A stretch of DNA of 64,000 bases from Hamiltosporidium tvaerminnensis FI-OER-3-3 (lineage: Eukaryota > Fungi > Microsporidia), in NCBI GenBank assembly GCA_022605425.2, contig CM061246.1:992001-1056000 (forward strand), read 5' to 3'. Shown in pieces: positions 28,295 through 39,769 of the stretch. A program made the position numbers and the translations under genes. How positions within the stretch are numbered: the stretch's first letter is position 1; each line of letters begins with the position of its first letter. The notes beneath the pieces are model-generated. The model saw only the letters and a list, made by a program, of their open reading frames with translations. It had not been told where the DNA came from and did no database searches.

Positions 28295-29209
28295 ATGGTT
28301 AATAAATTATCAGAAACGGAAATAACGGGCAATCAAGAAATATTAAAAATGAACTTTGATGAAATTTCAAAATTATATACTTTTACAGAAATAGAAAGTT
28401 TTTTCTATGATTGGGTTAAAAATAGTAAAAGAAAAACAGAATTTATAAAAGAATGTATTTCATTTTTAGAAAAAAAAATTCAGTTTGAAAAACTATATGA
28501 AACCACCGTTGAAAAATATCCAAAATTATATTTTGATTACATTGAAAAATTAGAAAAAGAAAATAAAACAGCGATTTTGGAATTTGTTTTACATAAAGCA
28601 ATCAAAAAAACAAACAGTATTTCTTTAAAATTTAAATTGGTAAATATTTTATTAAAAAACCAAGAATATAAAGAAAGCTTAGATATATTTTATGATATAA
28701 TTGATAATAATAAATTTGTAGATTTTTTTGACACGGAGTTATCAAAAGAATTTGAAAACAAGGATAATCAAGAGGTTTCTACAGATACTTTAATAAAAAA
28801 TAAGAAAGCAAATGATAAAGTTAATTTTGAAAATAATCTCTCAAAAACAAACTTAAATATTTTTTATAAAATATTTTTAACTTTAATAGAAAATTTAAAT
28901 GATATTCAACTTAGAAGAATTATTTTTGAATCAACTTTAAATTATTTTATTTCAAGTGTAGAATTTTTTAATGAATTTGAAAATATATTTTTAGATTTAT
29001 TAATTCGATTTTTTATATTTGAAGTTGAAAATAAAGAAATCAAACGATGCATTTCTTTATTACAATTATTATCAGACGTGTTTACAAATATAAAAGATTT
29101 ATTAAATAATCTGAGAGAATATAATATGAATAATATAAATGAATTTTCATTAGAAGATTTTTTATTTGTTCAAGATATATTAAAAGCATTATTAACAAAC
29201 CATTGCTGA
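28295..29209 (+). CDS. Hypothetical helical-repeat (HAT/TPR-like) protein
   Basis: Open ORF 28178-29209; likely start is the CCCC-preceded ATG at 28295. YETTVEKYPKLYFDYIEKLEK..VLHKAIK looks HAT-like. Confidence 0.65.
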   Translation: MVNKLSETEITGNQEILKMNFDEISKLYTFTEIESFFYDWVKNSKRKTEFIKECISFLEKKIQFEKLYETTVEKYPKLYFDYIEKLEKENKTAILEFVLHKAIKKTNSISLKFKLVNILLKNQEYKESLDIFYDIIDNNKFVDFFDTELSKEFENKDNQEVSTDTLIKNKKANDKVNFENNLSKTNLNIFYKIFLTLIENLNDIQLRRIIFESTLNYFISSVEFFNEFENIFLDLLIRFFIFEVENKEIKRCISLLQLLSDVFTNIKDLLNNLREYNMNNINEFSLEDFLFVQDILKALLTNHC

Positions 29210-29512
29210 ATGTATTTAACCCAGGAACTTATATTATTATTGGAAAATTTTCAAACAAAATTTAATTTAAATTACTATCTTAAAATTATTTATTTATAGA
29301 TTTTAAATCTCTCTTTAGAAATAAATTTATTAAAATTTTATATAAATGCCGAATTTTAGAGAAAAATGTAAAATTTACATAAATTTACTAAAATATTTCT
29401 TTTTAGGAAAAAATTAAAAATTATTTCCACTTCTCACATAATTTCATTTATGAATCCTTCTTTTAGAATTTTTTGTTTAAAATATTTTATAATTTCTAAA
29501 AAAACAGTAAAA

Positions 29513-30218
29513 ATGGAAAAAAAAAAACATTTTACATAAAGTTATTCGAAAGCATGATGATTATATTGATATAGGAATAGATGAGGCAGGGAGAGGTCCG
29601 GTTTTAGGTTACATGGTATTTGGGGCGGTTGTTTCATCTGAAGTTATCAAGTACAAAGATTCGAAACTACTAACACCCTCACAAAGAGAAACCTCTTTTA
29701 AAGAAATTCAAGAAAATAATAATTTAAGTCACATTTATTTTGCTTTGCATCCGTCTTATATAACAACTGAAATGCAAAATAAAAGTCTCAATGAAATTTC
29801 CTACATCGCACAAATAAATATTATTAAATGCTTAGAACATCTTAAAATTAGAAATGTTTATTTGGATATCGTAGGTCCTATTTCGACACACCAAAAAAGA
29901 TTAAAAACTATTTTTCCAAATTTAAATTTTATCATCGAAGAAAAGGCAGACAGTAAATATGGAATCGTTGGAGCAGCAAGTATTTTGGCTAAAGTCACCA
30001 GAGATAAACTTTTAATTAATTGGAAATTTAAAGATAATAATTATGGTTCTGGATATCCTAGTGATCCAGAAACAATAAAATGGTTGGATCGAAATTTCAA
30101 TCCATTATTTGGTTATTCTGATATTGTTAGATTTAAATGGAGTACAATTGAAAGAAGACTTGGTATTAGAAAAAGTAAAAATGTTAGTTCGTTAGGTTTT
30201 TATGCAGATTTTGATTGA
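29513..30218 (+). CDS. RNH201: Ribonuclease H2 catalytic subunit A; one extra A in an A11 run after the start codon
   Basis: IGIDEAGRGPVLG lies in frame upstream of the 29613 ORF; also DSKLL, KADSKY..VGAASILAKVTRD and GSGYPSDP. Confidence 0.93.
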
Positions 30219-30289
30219 TATAAATTTATAGCGAATTTGTTCATGCAAAATAAATTTAATAAAATTTTTTTTTTCTTCTGCATAAAAAT

Positions 30290-30775
30290 ATGGATTCTGA
30301 TTTTTTAAATACTTTAATAATTTCATATTCAAATGTAATTTCTGAGGTAAAAGAAATCAAAACAAATTTAGATCAAAAATTTAATGTAACAAATAACGAA
30401 ATACTGATAAAATTAAACGAACTCGATTTTAAAATACACAAAGTTAAAGAATGTTTTGATTTTTACAAATACAAACTAGATAATATTAATGATTGTAAAA
30501 ATACCTCTGAAAATCAAGAAAAAATATCTTCAAATTCTAAAAAAAGAAAAAGACAAATTAATAAAAACTTTCTGAGTGTGAATAAGAATTTTATAGAAAG
30601 AAAGAAACACATAAAAGATTTTAAAAATGAAATAAACAATCAAAATAATCAAGAAATAGAAAATCTGAATTACAATTGCGATTTTATTCAAGAAATACAA
30701 GAAGAAAGCCAAATTGAAAGTTACAGTTATTCAGAACCATTTATTATAAAAAGTAAAAATTATATATTAGAATAA
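30290..30775 (+). CDS. Hypothetical coiled-coil protein
   Basis: 161-aa open ORF directly downstream of RNase H2, with SKKRKR NLS-like motif and AATAAA after the stop. Confidence 0.65.
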   Translation: MDSDFLNTLIISYSNVISEVKEIKTNLDQKFNVTNNEILIKLNELDFKIHKVKECFDFYKYKLDNINDCKNTSENQEKISSNSKKRKRQINKNFLSVNKNFIERKKHIKDFKNEINNQNNQEIENLNYNCDFIQEIQEESQIESYSYSEPFIIKSKNYILE

Positions 30776-30824
30776 CCTCAGTAAATAAAATTTGATACTC
30801 AATTATTTTTATTTCTATTTCATA

Positions 30825-33800
30825 TTTCTAATAAAAAAAAATAATTTTTAAATAATTAATTGAAATAAAAAAAATATTCAAATTTTAAAATTATTTTGAA
30901 TAACATTTGGTATTTGAATTTAGAAAGTGTTATTAAACTCAAATCAAATATAATCACTTATAGAATTCAGTAATGTCCCGACGACGACGACTCAACTCGA
31001 AATATCATTTATATAATTCTGTAATATCCTGACGTTAACTCATCTCAAAATGTTTAATTGTTTAAATCATATAAGACACCAATAAGAGAGCTTCAATTAA
31101 GAATGTCTCTTTATATTTGTTCAACAATCTTACCCAACCAATAATAATGAGTATAATTGAACATAAAACAATTTAAAATATTCTATTGGTTCCAAAAAAA
31201 ATATATGAAATAAATATTGTAAAAATCCTTTCTAGACCGTATTAATTTGGAAGGAAAAAAAATAAATATATTTTTTTTACTTTTTCTAAAGTATTTACTT
31301 TTAAAAAAAATTACATCACTTACTTGAGTTTATTTAAAAAAGTTTAGGATGGCATAAAAATTGTAGGATATGATTGATACTTTTCTACTATTCTTCTGTG
31401 TAATATATTTATATTCTCATAATAATTGTACAAAACAATTTTGCTTGAATAACTTCGTGGAGCATATATTTGATTAAATTAAAATATTTTTTATAAAAAT
31501 AACTGAGAATTTATGCAATAAATATATTAACCAATAGCATATAGTTAAAAGAACAGTATTTTCAGACAAAGAAACTAATTATCTGAATAAATTTCTTTGA
31601 GAAAAAACCATAATTGAATAAAAATAGGTGGAAAGTGAACAGGGTAAACATAAACGCCGAGCTTCAGCTCTAAAAATTGAAATTAAATGGAAAAAAAGGA
31701 TAAAGCAATATGCTAATTGAAAAATATCCTAAATTTTATTGAGAAATGTCTGAAGACTACTAAAAATGTGATATGAAAGACTAAAAAATATCTGAGAAGC
31801 AGACTAGGTGAGATTTAAAATTTTTATTGAGATTATTAGGAAATTATAGCTCAAATAATGAACTCCAAGAATATTTTTGCCATTTTTATCTTATGAATGT
31901 AAATGAAAGTTCGTTTCTGCAGGCTTAAAGTCTAGTTAGATAGATTATAGAATCAAATTTTTTATTTAAATATGAAATACCTTTGGATTTTTTTGATTTT
32001 TTTCCATTCAGAGAAATAGATACTGTTATTAATACTAAAAGAATTCCGAACAATAGATATACTTGAATTCCTAATGGAATCCCAATGTAAAATTATTTAC
32101 TATAAATAAAACTGCATTTAATTTACATCATATTAAATAACCTATTATTTTTTATTATTATTTATATATTAAATATTTAACAACTCAAGTTAAGAAAAAA
32201 ACTTAAATTTTTAATTTTATTAGTCCTATAAATGTAATTTAACAAATTTAAAACAAAATTTCTTGGTTATAAATGCTGTATAAAGAAGTAATGATTATTA
32301 TAAATTTAAATTTGTCTAGAAGTAATTCTATTTCCGAAATAAATTTTAAATTGTTGAGAAAATTGGTATTTTTTGATCTAGAACAATACAATTCAAAACA
32401 AAATTTTATGTAAGCTATAAACTGTGCTGATATGACATTCCATAATAGGAAGTAAGAATTTTATAGAATAATCTATGTAAACAAATTTTCCTAATCCGGA
32501 AACAAATTTGTTCCAAAAAAAAGTATAAATACATCGAAAAAACCCAGATATTATGAGTAATTCAGGAGCAATATTTGCTTTGAATATGGCAGAGTAGGAA
32601 AATCAAGGTACTTTTATATAGCGAAAAGAAGCATCTATATACAGGATGCCATTATGAATAAGATAAGATACACTGGGGAGGGGAATTTATTTTTAATGAA
32701 AGTTTGAAGGTATATCTGAAATACGAAATAAAAAGGGATTTATGGTAAAGCAATAGGAAAAAAGGATTCTGTTGAACTAATGGGATCGAGAAATGAATGT
32801 GGAGTGATGGTTCGAAATAGAAAGATTCGGTCGTATGTAAAAGATCAAAACAGATCTTAACATCCGAAGACATGTCGAAGCAAATAAATGTTTGATATCA
32901 TGAATTATTAACAGCAGAAAAAAAAAAAACAATTTTATCGAAGAATGTTCGAAACAAAGGAAATTTCAAGGAAACATGTAGCTTTGTTCTAAATCTGATG
33001 GTTCAATCGAAAAAATTAGAAAAAAAGAAAGTCAAATGAGCACGTCGAAAAAATAAATACCCCCCTCCCCTACAGAAAAAAAGTTTTAATCTGAAAAACA
33101 ATTGAAATGAAAACTGTAATTCTAAAAGCTAAATATTTTTTTTTGAAATGAGAAAGAAAATTAAGAAACCCATAAAAATGAATGTAATTTGAATGAATAA
33201 TAAATATGAAATATACTTTAACCCTGAAAATTGGTATGAAAGAATCAAAAGAGATAACAAGAAAATAACAGTGAGAAATATGCTTCGATATAATTATGAT
33301 TCTCTATTTAACATTATCACTCATTTGGAATCAAAACGGAATTTTAAAAGTCTTACAATAAACAGAATTTACACACAACTATTGATCAGTCAGAAGGAGT
33401 CGTATATAAATCACATAAAATCCTGTATAACTTTTAAATATAGAATAAGATTACCACTCAAGAAGAAAAAATTTATTAAAACCTAAATTCACAAAACAAA
33501 TGCTAAAGATCCGAAAACCCTTAATGATTCAATTTTTTCAACTGTTAAGCATTTCTCTATTTTACTTTAAACGTAATAAAATCTTTAAATAATTTGAAAT
33601 AAATAGAAATAAATAGAAATCACTTTAATTAATATACTGTTCAAGTACTTAATATGAATTAAAGATAATTTAAAATAATATACATTAAAATTATCAATCC
33701 GTATTGTTCACCATTGATATAAAACTATGTAGAAAATAATAACTGAAAAATTCATAGTGATAAAGATACTAAAGATTCCAGAATTAACACCAGGAATATT

Positions 33801-33957
33801 AAAAACAGGGTAAATAGTTTATACTTGCCTAATCACTGATAAAAAGAAGTCCCCTGATGATAATTTTAATAAATAATTTTTCAAAACTTTCTTTTATTTT
33901 CATTAATTTTGTTTTTCGTGGATAAATTTTCTATTAAATTTTCTAAAGGTTTTTAAA
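30825..33957 (+). repeat. Direct segmental duplication, copy 1 (copy 2 at 45398-48514)
   Basis: Near-identical colinear sequence; identical 73-aa minus-strand ORFs at 32652 and 47221. Confidence 0.95.
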
Positions 33958-35349
33958 AACTAATAAATTGATATAAAATTTGTTCAAAAGTTATTTAAAA
34001 GAAAAAATATATTTACGTATTAATTCTTTGGAAAAATTACAGAGTTTAAACCGGTATTGTCAACCCAAGCTAACCTTTAATAAAGAATAAAGTATATCTG
34101 GAAAAAAAAACATTGTGATTTATATTTAAATTTTTATGCATGAATGTTTAATATGTAAAGATCGGTATTTCTAGAAACATTCTAATGTAATACCTTAAAG
34201 ATAGAAAATACATTTAGAAACCAGAAATCAATATAAGAATCATATTTCCTGCAAATTGAGACTAATTTTCAAATGAAAAATAACCTCAAAACTCATTCGT
34301 ATAAATTTAAGCATTTTTTAACTGAAATATGAATTTAGTAGAATTTTATAGGTGGTAACGATAGATTGTGTCTAAATTTCTTACTAAATATAAGATATCG
34401 ATTTCATTGCTTTTTGAATAAGATTGAACATTCATTCTGAATTTAACTTAGAATTTATTTAGTAAATTCTTATTTAAGTTCCTTAGAAACAAGAAATTAA
34501 AAGTGAATAAAAGCAATTCAAAATAAATTTACGATAGAAGCTTTAATCAAGTTAAAATGATTATATGACTACAAGCTTTTAAGATAGAAAATCTATGTAT
34601 AAAATATCTTTTTTTTAGATACAAAACCAAATTTGAGTTGTAATTACCAATTTATCATTTTTTTGTTGCTTCTAATTTTATTCTTATATTTATATAAAGA
34701 TTAAATTTGAAAAATATTAATTTTATTCAAAGTATAACTAAAAAAGAAGAATATGATTTAAAACAAAAAGATTATTAGAATGTTGCAATCTATATTGAAT
34801 ACGTATTGCAAAATTAATATATAATACAAATATTTTATATTTTAATATTAAAAAAACAATTTTCATATTTTTTAGGTATGAGCTCAAAACTTTATATGTA
34901 CTGACAATATTTAAAGCACTATCGTTGCATAAATTTTGAATTTCAATTTAAACTTTTCTTGATATGATCTATTATATAAATTATGATATAATAATATTGT
35001 ACATTTCAAAATATAAGCAGAAGTAATTTATTTAAAATACCAAGGTTCTTAGAAATACCAGCGAATTTCGATATAAATTCATTGGTTTTTATATTTTTTG
35101 AAGAATTTTAACCATGATTGTATTTCATCTTTATTTAGAAGAACCATTTTTATTTACACAAAATTTAGAATCCATAGCTCAAAATTTTATATTTTTTATA
35201 CATATCAGTTATTACATGAAATTAATCCGAAACTAAAAAAATTCTTTATAAATTTTAATTTACTAAGCAATTGATAAAAGTTATTTAAACATTCACACAA
35301 GAAGATACCCTTCTATCGATGCCTTATTTGGGTTCTCTCAAACATAATC

Positions 35350-36290
35350 TAGTCACCATCATTTAACTTATTCAATATGTCCCGACGACGACGACTCACC
35401 TCGAAATGTTTAATTGGTTAATAGACTTAAGATACCAATAAGAGTGCACCATTCGTAATATTTACCTTTCTATTTGTTCATGAATCTTATAAAACCAATA
35501 ATGGTGATTAGAGCTGAATATAAAACTTTTTAATAAATTATATATGTTCAACAAGAATATTTAAGCTAAAAATTGTTAAAATTGCTTATAGATTTTAGTA
35601 TTTATTGAGAATAACATAATAAATTTGGTTTCTAATTTTTCTAAAGTTTTCATTTTTAAAAAAAATTCCATCACTTACTTGAGTTTCTTTAAAGAAGTTT
35701 ACAGTTACATAAAAATTGTAGGATATGATTGATACTTTTCCACCATTCTTCTATGTAACATATTTATATTCTCAATTATAATTACAAAATAAAATTACTT
35801 GGATAGTTTCGTGGAACTTTATACTTGATTATATTGAAAGATTTTTGATAAAAATAACTGAGAATTTATACAATGAATAAAAAAGCAAAAAATTGTGTAA
35901 TAGTACGGTTTTTTTCAGACAAATAAAACACTTCACAACGATAAATTCCACAGAGAAAAATGAAAGAAAAAATAAAAATAGGTAAAAAGTGAACAGACTA
36001 AATATGAAAGCCGAGCTGAATCTCTGAAAAATTGGAAGTAAATATAAAAGAGGAAGAGAAATAGGTAGTTAAAAAATCCTAAATTTTTATTGGAAAATTG
36101 CTCAAAGCGGGTAATAATTTGGAAATGAAAGACTAAAAAAATATACGAGAAACAGCCCAGATGAGGCTAAGAAATTCTCATTATAAAGGTTAAGAACATA
36201 TAGCCCAGATAATAAAACTTAAAATTATTTTGGCATTTTTTCTTGTGAATGTAAAAGAAAGTTTGTTTCTACGAGCTTAATGTCAAGTCA
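35350..36290. repeat. Older diverged paralog of ~30940-31940 (and ~45520-46510), probably a decayed minus-strand gene family
   Basis: Shared ATGTCCCGACGACGACGACTCA, CATCACTTACTTGAGTTT, AAAATTGTAGGATATGATTGATACTTTT and GAAAGACTAAAAAA in the same order. Confidence 0.8.
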
Positions 36291-36669
36291 TATTTATATA
36301 TTATCAAGCCTCTATAACTTATTTAGAAGAAAATACAATTAATTTATTTTTTTGGTAGTTAATTAATTTTATATATCATAAATGTATTTCCTATTCATAT
36401 TCATAATATATTAATTATTTTAATTGTTTGAACAAAAAACCATTTCGTTTTGATTTTGATTGTAAATTCTAAAAAATAAATTTTATTTATGTTCAATACA
36501 AAACTTTTGCTTCTGATTTTTATTTAAATATAACTTTACTGCTTATTTATAATAATCACAATAGAATTTATATCGTTTTTTATGAGCTTTGGTTTTTGTT
36601 GCAAAATACAATAACTTTAAAGGATGGATAGCAAATTTAAAATTATTTCTTTATTAATATTATAGTAAA

Positions 36670-37400
36670 CTGTGGAGGGAGGATAACCACATAAAAAACT
36701 TTCTGCTTGGCAATGAGTGTGTGAAACTGGTGTGAGATCATTGTTTGGATTTTTGGTGGGAATAAAACCACACTACATCTTCGGTTGTTCATTGGGAGTT
36801 TGTATGAGGAGGAGAGGTCTAAGAAATGGAGAAACTTTTTCTACAAATTTATTTGTAGTTTTTTATGTAACCAGATTGCAGACCGCAGCTGAACATGTAG
36901 GTAATTGCCATGTAAAAGCATGGAAACCTAGCCTTGCTCACTCGGGTTAGAAGACTTAGCGCCTGGGAGATATAAAACAAAAAACCATCAAAAGCCGGGA
37001 GAGCTAAGTAGCAGGTTATACCTGTTGGTATGACATTGCACTGTCTAGGTGGACCTCATGTAAATCTCTGAAATATATCTTAGCTAGAAGTTTATTGGGT
37101 TCAGAAAGTGTAGAGTAAGTGGGAATGCTGCATAGTCTTGGGGGAGCCCAGGGGGGGGCTTCGGCCTTCGATCACACTCCATGCAACGGACATTAACGAA
37201 CTCCGGGCAACTGCCTCGCCTAGTAATTAGGTTCTATACACCTGGTAGATGAAAGGCTTTGGGACGTAGGTATCGCAGGGGTTACTGATGGAGTTTTGGG
37301 GTAGCAGTTATTTATGTTAAACCTAGAACTGCGTTAATGTCATGAAAACAAATATAACACTTGCGACTGTTTTAAAAAAGATGTGATACTTTTAAATAAA
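36670..37400 (+). mobile_element. ~730-nt structured SINE-like element (S2) with TSD
   Basis: Flanked by (AA)TATTATAGTAAA at 36656-36669 and 37399-37412. Empty site with a single copy at ~58508-58521 (minus strand). Confidence 0.92.
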
Positions 37401-38003
37401 TATTATAGTAAAAAACCAATAAATTTTGTTAAATGGTATTTTAAAAAAATTTGAGTCTTTTAATTTGTTCAAATTTCATATTCAAGCATATCACGAAGAT
37501 TCAATACAACATTAAAAAATATTAATTTCTTAGTAAATATCATTCAGGCTTTGAATTTCTGTATAATTCAGAAGAAAAGGGTTTATTATGGCCTATATTT
37601 GCTTCTTTAGAATTATTATTCAGAGTTAAGTTGAATTTTTTTAATATTTTGTTTTTTTATATCTTTACATTATTTTATGACAATGAATACGTAAAATAGA
37701 TAAATCTCTGTGTTCTTAAGATGAAAATTTTAGATTTGTTGTATAAATTGTCTAAAAAAGATATCCGTAAGCTTTTTAAGGTTATAGTAAGATTTATAAT
37801 GACGTTTTTTTGATTGCAAACAAATATTTAGATCTTTCTTGGGAAAATACGGCAGTTTTTTTATCACGCAATAAACGAAAATTCTTACTTAATGGCCAAA
37901 AAACTTCATTTTTCTACTAAAAAAATGTATTTAAATATTCAGAAATAAAAATCGGATTTTTATTTCATAAATCAATCAATCACAACCCACATTTTTTTCA
38001 TCA

Positions 38004-38525
38004 ATGTACATAAAGGTAAGAAATATCGATAAAATTATTAATCATTTTAGAATCATAGAAATATTTAAGATGAATACAAAAATTTATTACAGAAAATATT
38101 TTTTATCTTCAAAAAACCAAACGGAATACATTTTTTTATATAAAAATATTTCCGAAATCTATTTAGCAGAATTGCTAACTAATACGATTTTGATTCAAAA
38201 AATAGAAGTTAAAATTGTTTTCGAAGAAATCAACCAAGTGAGATCTACTTATAATATCGACAAAGAATGTAGCACACTTGTACTTTATTCTATGAAAGAT
38301 ATTGAAATTGAAATACTAGAAAAATATTTCAAAAAGAAAATTATTTTTTTTAGTAAACAAAATACAACTCAAAATATTTTTTATATTTTTATAGAATTCG
38401 AGGACAATATAGATTTTCCTAAAATTTTAAATCAAGGATATATCTATATTGATACTTTAAGGATAAAGATATATTATTTTCTGGATTATTTAGATCATAT
38501 AATTGATATTAATGATCGTAAATGA
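38004..38525 (+). CDS. Hypothetical protein, possibly two degenerate RRM domains
   Basis: 173-aa ORF, protein identical to 57394-57915. RNP-like strands YIKVRNI, YIFLY, TLVLYSM, FYIFIEF. Confidence 0.6.
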   Translation: MYIKVRNIDKIINHFRIIEIFKMNTKIYYRKYFLSSKNQTEYIFLYKNISEIYLAELLTNTILIQKIEVKIVFEEINQVRSTYNIDKECSTLVLYSMKDIEIEILEKYFKKKIIFFSKQNTTQNIFYIFIEFEDNIDFPKILNQGYIYIDTLRIKIYYFLDYLDHIIDINDRK

Positions 38526-38588
38526 AAATATTTTTCGAATTCTTATTATTTATTTATTTAAAATTATAAGTGTATTTTTATTATAAAA

Positions 38589-38818
38589 TACTGATTTGTT
38601 ATCATTTAATGTAGATTTAATGATTTTAGAAACAATTTACATTTTAACTTTTTTAAATTTCTTAAATTTTTTAATAAATTTAATACTGTTTTAGGAATCT
38701 GTAACGTGGATTTAATGATTTTAAAAATATTTTAAATTTTATATTTTTTTAATCGATAATACTGATATATCCATCTGTAACGTTGATTTAATGATTTTAA
38801 AAATATTTTACATTTAAG
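38589..38818 (+). repeat. Three imperfect tandem units (~75-95 bp)
   Basis: ATACTG...GATTTAATGATTTTA..A.ATTT repeats at ~38589, 38683 and 38759. Confidence 0.7.
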
Positions 38819-39031
38819 GAAATTTTTTAATGGATTTTCAAACAGAACAAACTATATTTTGATCCGAGAAAGCTTCTATTTTAATATATTATTTTGTTTT
38901 TGTGAAGAGAAATTAAAAATATAAATAAAGTTAAAAGGGCTTTTTCGTAAATATTTACTTTTTTACTATTTTGTTGAAACTAGTTTGAATTTCTAGAATG
39001 AATTAAATATTATTTCAAAATAATTTACCCT

Positions 39032-39484
39032 ATGGATGTAACTTACTCTTCTTTAACAAATTATATGGATTTAAAACAAATTTATATGCTTTTTTGTGAG
39101 ACACTTTCTGAACCTTATAGTTATTTCACATTTGTAAGTTTTTATATTAAATACCGAAAATTTTGTTTTGTTGCCTACAGTGATAACAAAATTGTTGGCG
39201 CTATCATTTGCAAACTTGAGAATGATGAATCTGGATATATGGGTATGTTGGCAGTTGATAAAAAATATAGAAGAGTTGGAATCGGTAAGTGTTTAACTCA
39301 AATGGCTGTAAATAATTTTAAAGAAAATGGTATTTATTTGATATATTTAGAGACAGAAGCTGTAAATTATATTTCGTTAAATTTTTATGAGAAAATTGGA
39401 TTTAGAAAGGTTATGTTTATTGAAAATTACTATCTGAATCTTAACGATGCTTATAGGTTGTGTTTAGATAATAGAAAAATATAA
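39032..39484 (+). CDS. MAK3: N-alpha-acetyltransferase 30 (NatC catalytic subunit)
   Basis: LSEPYS motif, GYMGMLAVDKKYRRVGIG acetyl-CoA motif, LETEAVN..LNFYEKIGF, YYLN; CCCT before ATG. Confidence 0.9.
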   Translation: MDVTYSSLTNYMDLKQIYMLFCETLSEPYSYFTFVSFYIKYRKFCFVAYSDNKIVGAIICKLENDESGYMGMLAVDKKYRRVGIGKCLTQMAVNNFKENGIYLIYLETEAVNYISLNFYEKIGFRKVMFIENYYLNLNDAYRLCLDNRKI

Positions 39485-39769
39485 AATGAGTAAAAAAAAA
39501 AACTTCGACAAAATATTAATTTTCATTTTGAAGTTTATATTTTGGAATTAAATTTGAAAAATAAATATTTTAATTGTTTTTTTAATATAATTAGTCTAAG
39601 TTTATCTCTATTGTTGATTTCTGGAGATATGTTACGGGAAATTTGTTATAATTTGTAATGGAATATAAAAAAAAGAGAAAATATTACTAAAGTAAAAAAA
39701 TTATAAAGAAACGTTACTTATAATGAAAAAACATGTAAATCTATAAAATATCTCAAATCCAAGCATTTT

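Noticed and set aside
29214-29226. TTTAACCCAGG after a host stop codon, resembling the LINE 3' motif
   Set aside because: Only ~10 nt match in AT-rich DNA, consistent with chance.
36717-36950. 77-aa ORF within the repeat (also 42867, 52805)
   Set aside because: GTG start, frameshifted in S3, not conserved in S1.
36881-37341. Group I intron (ATAGTC), RNase P (GAACTCCGGGC) or HDV-ribozyme identity for the element
   Set aside because: Only short motif resemblance; helix order and spacing do not match. A covariance-model search is needed.
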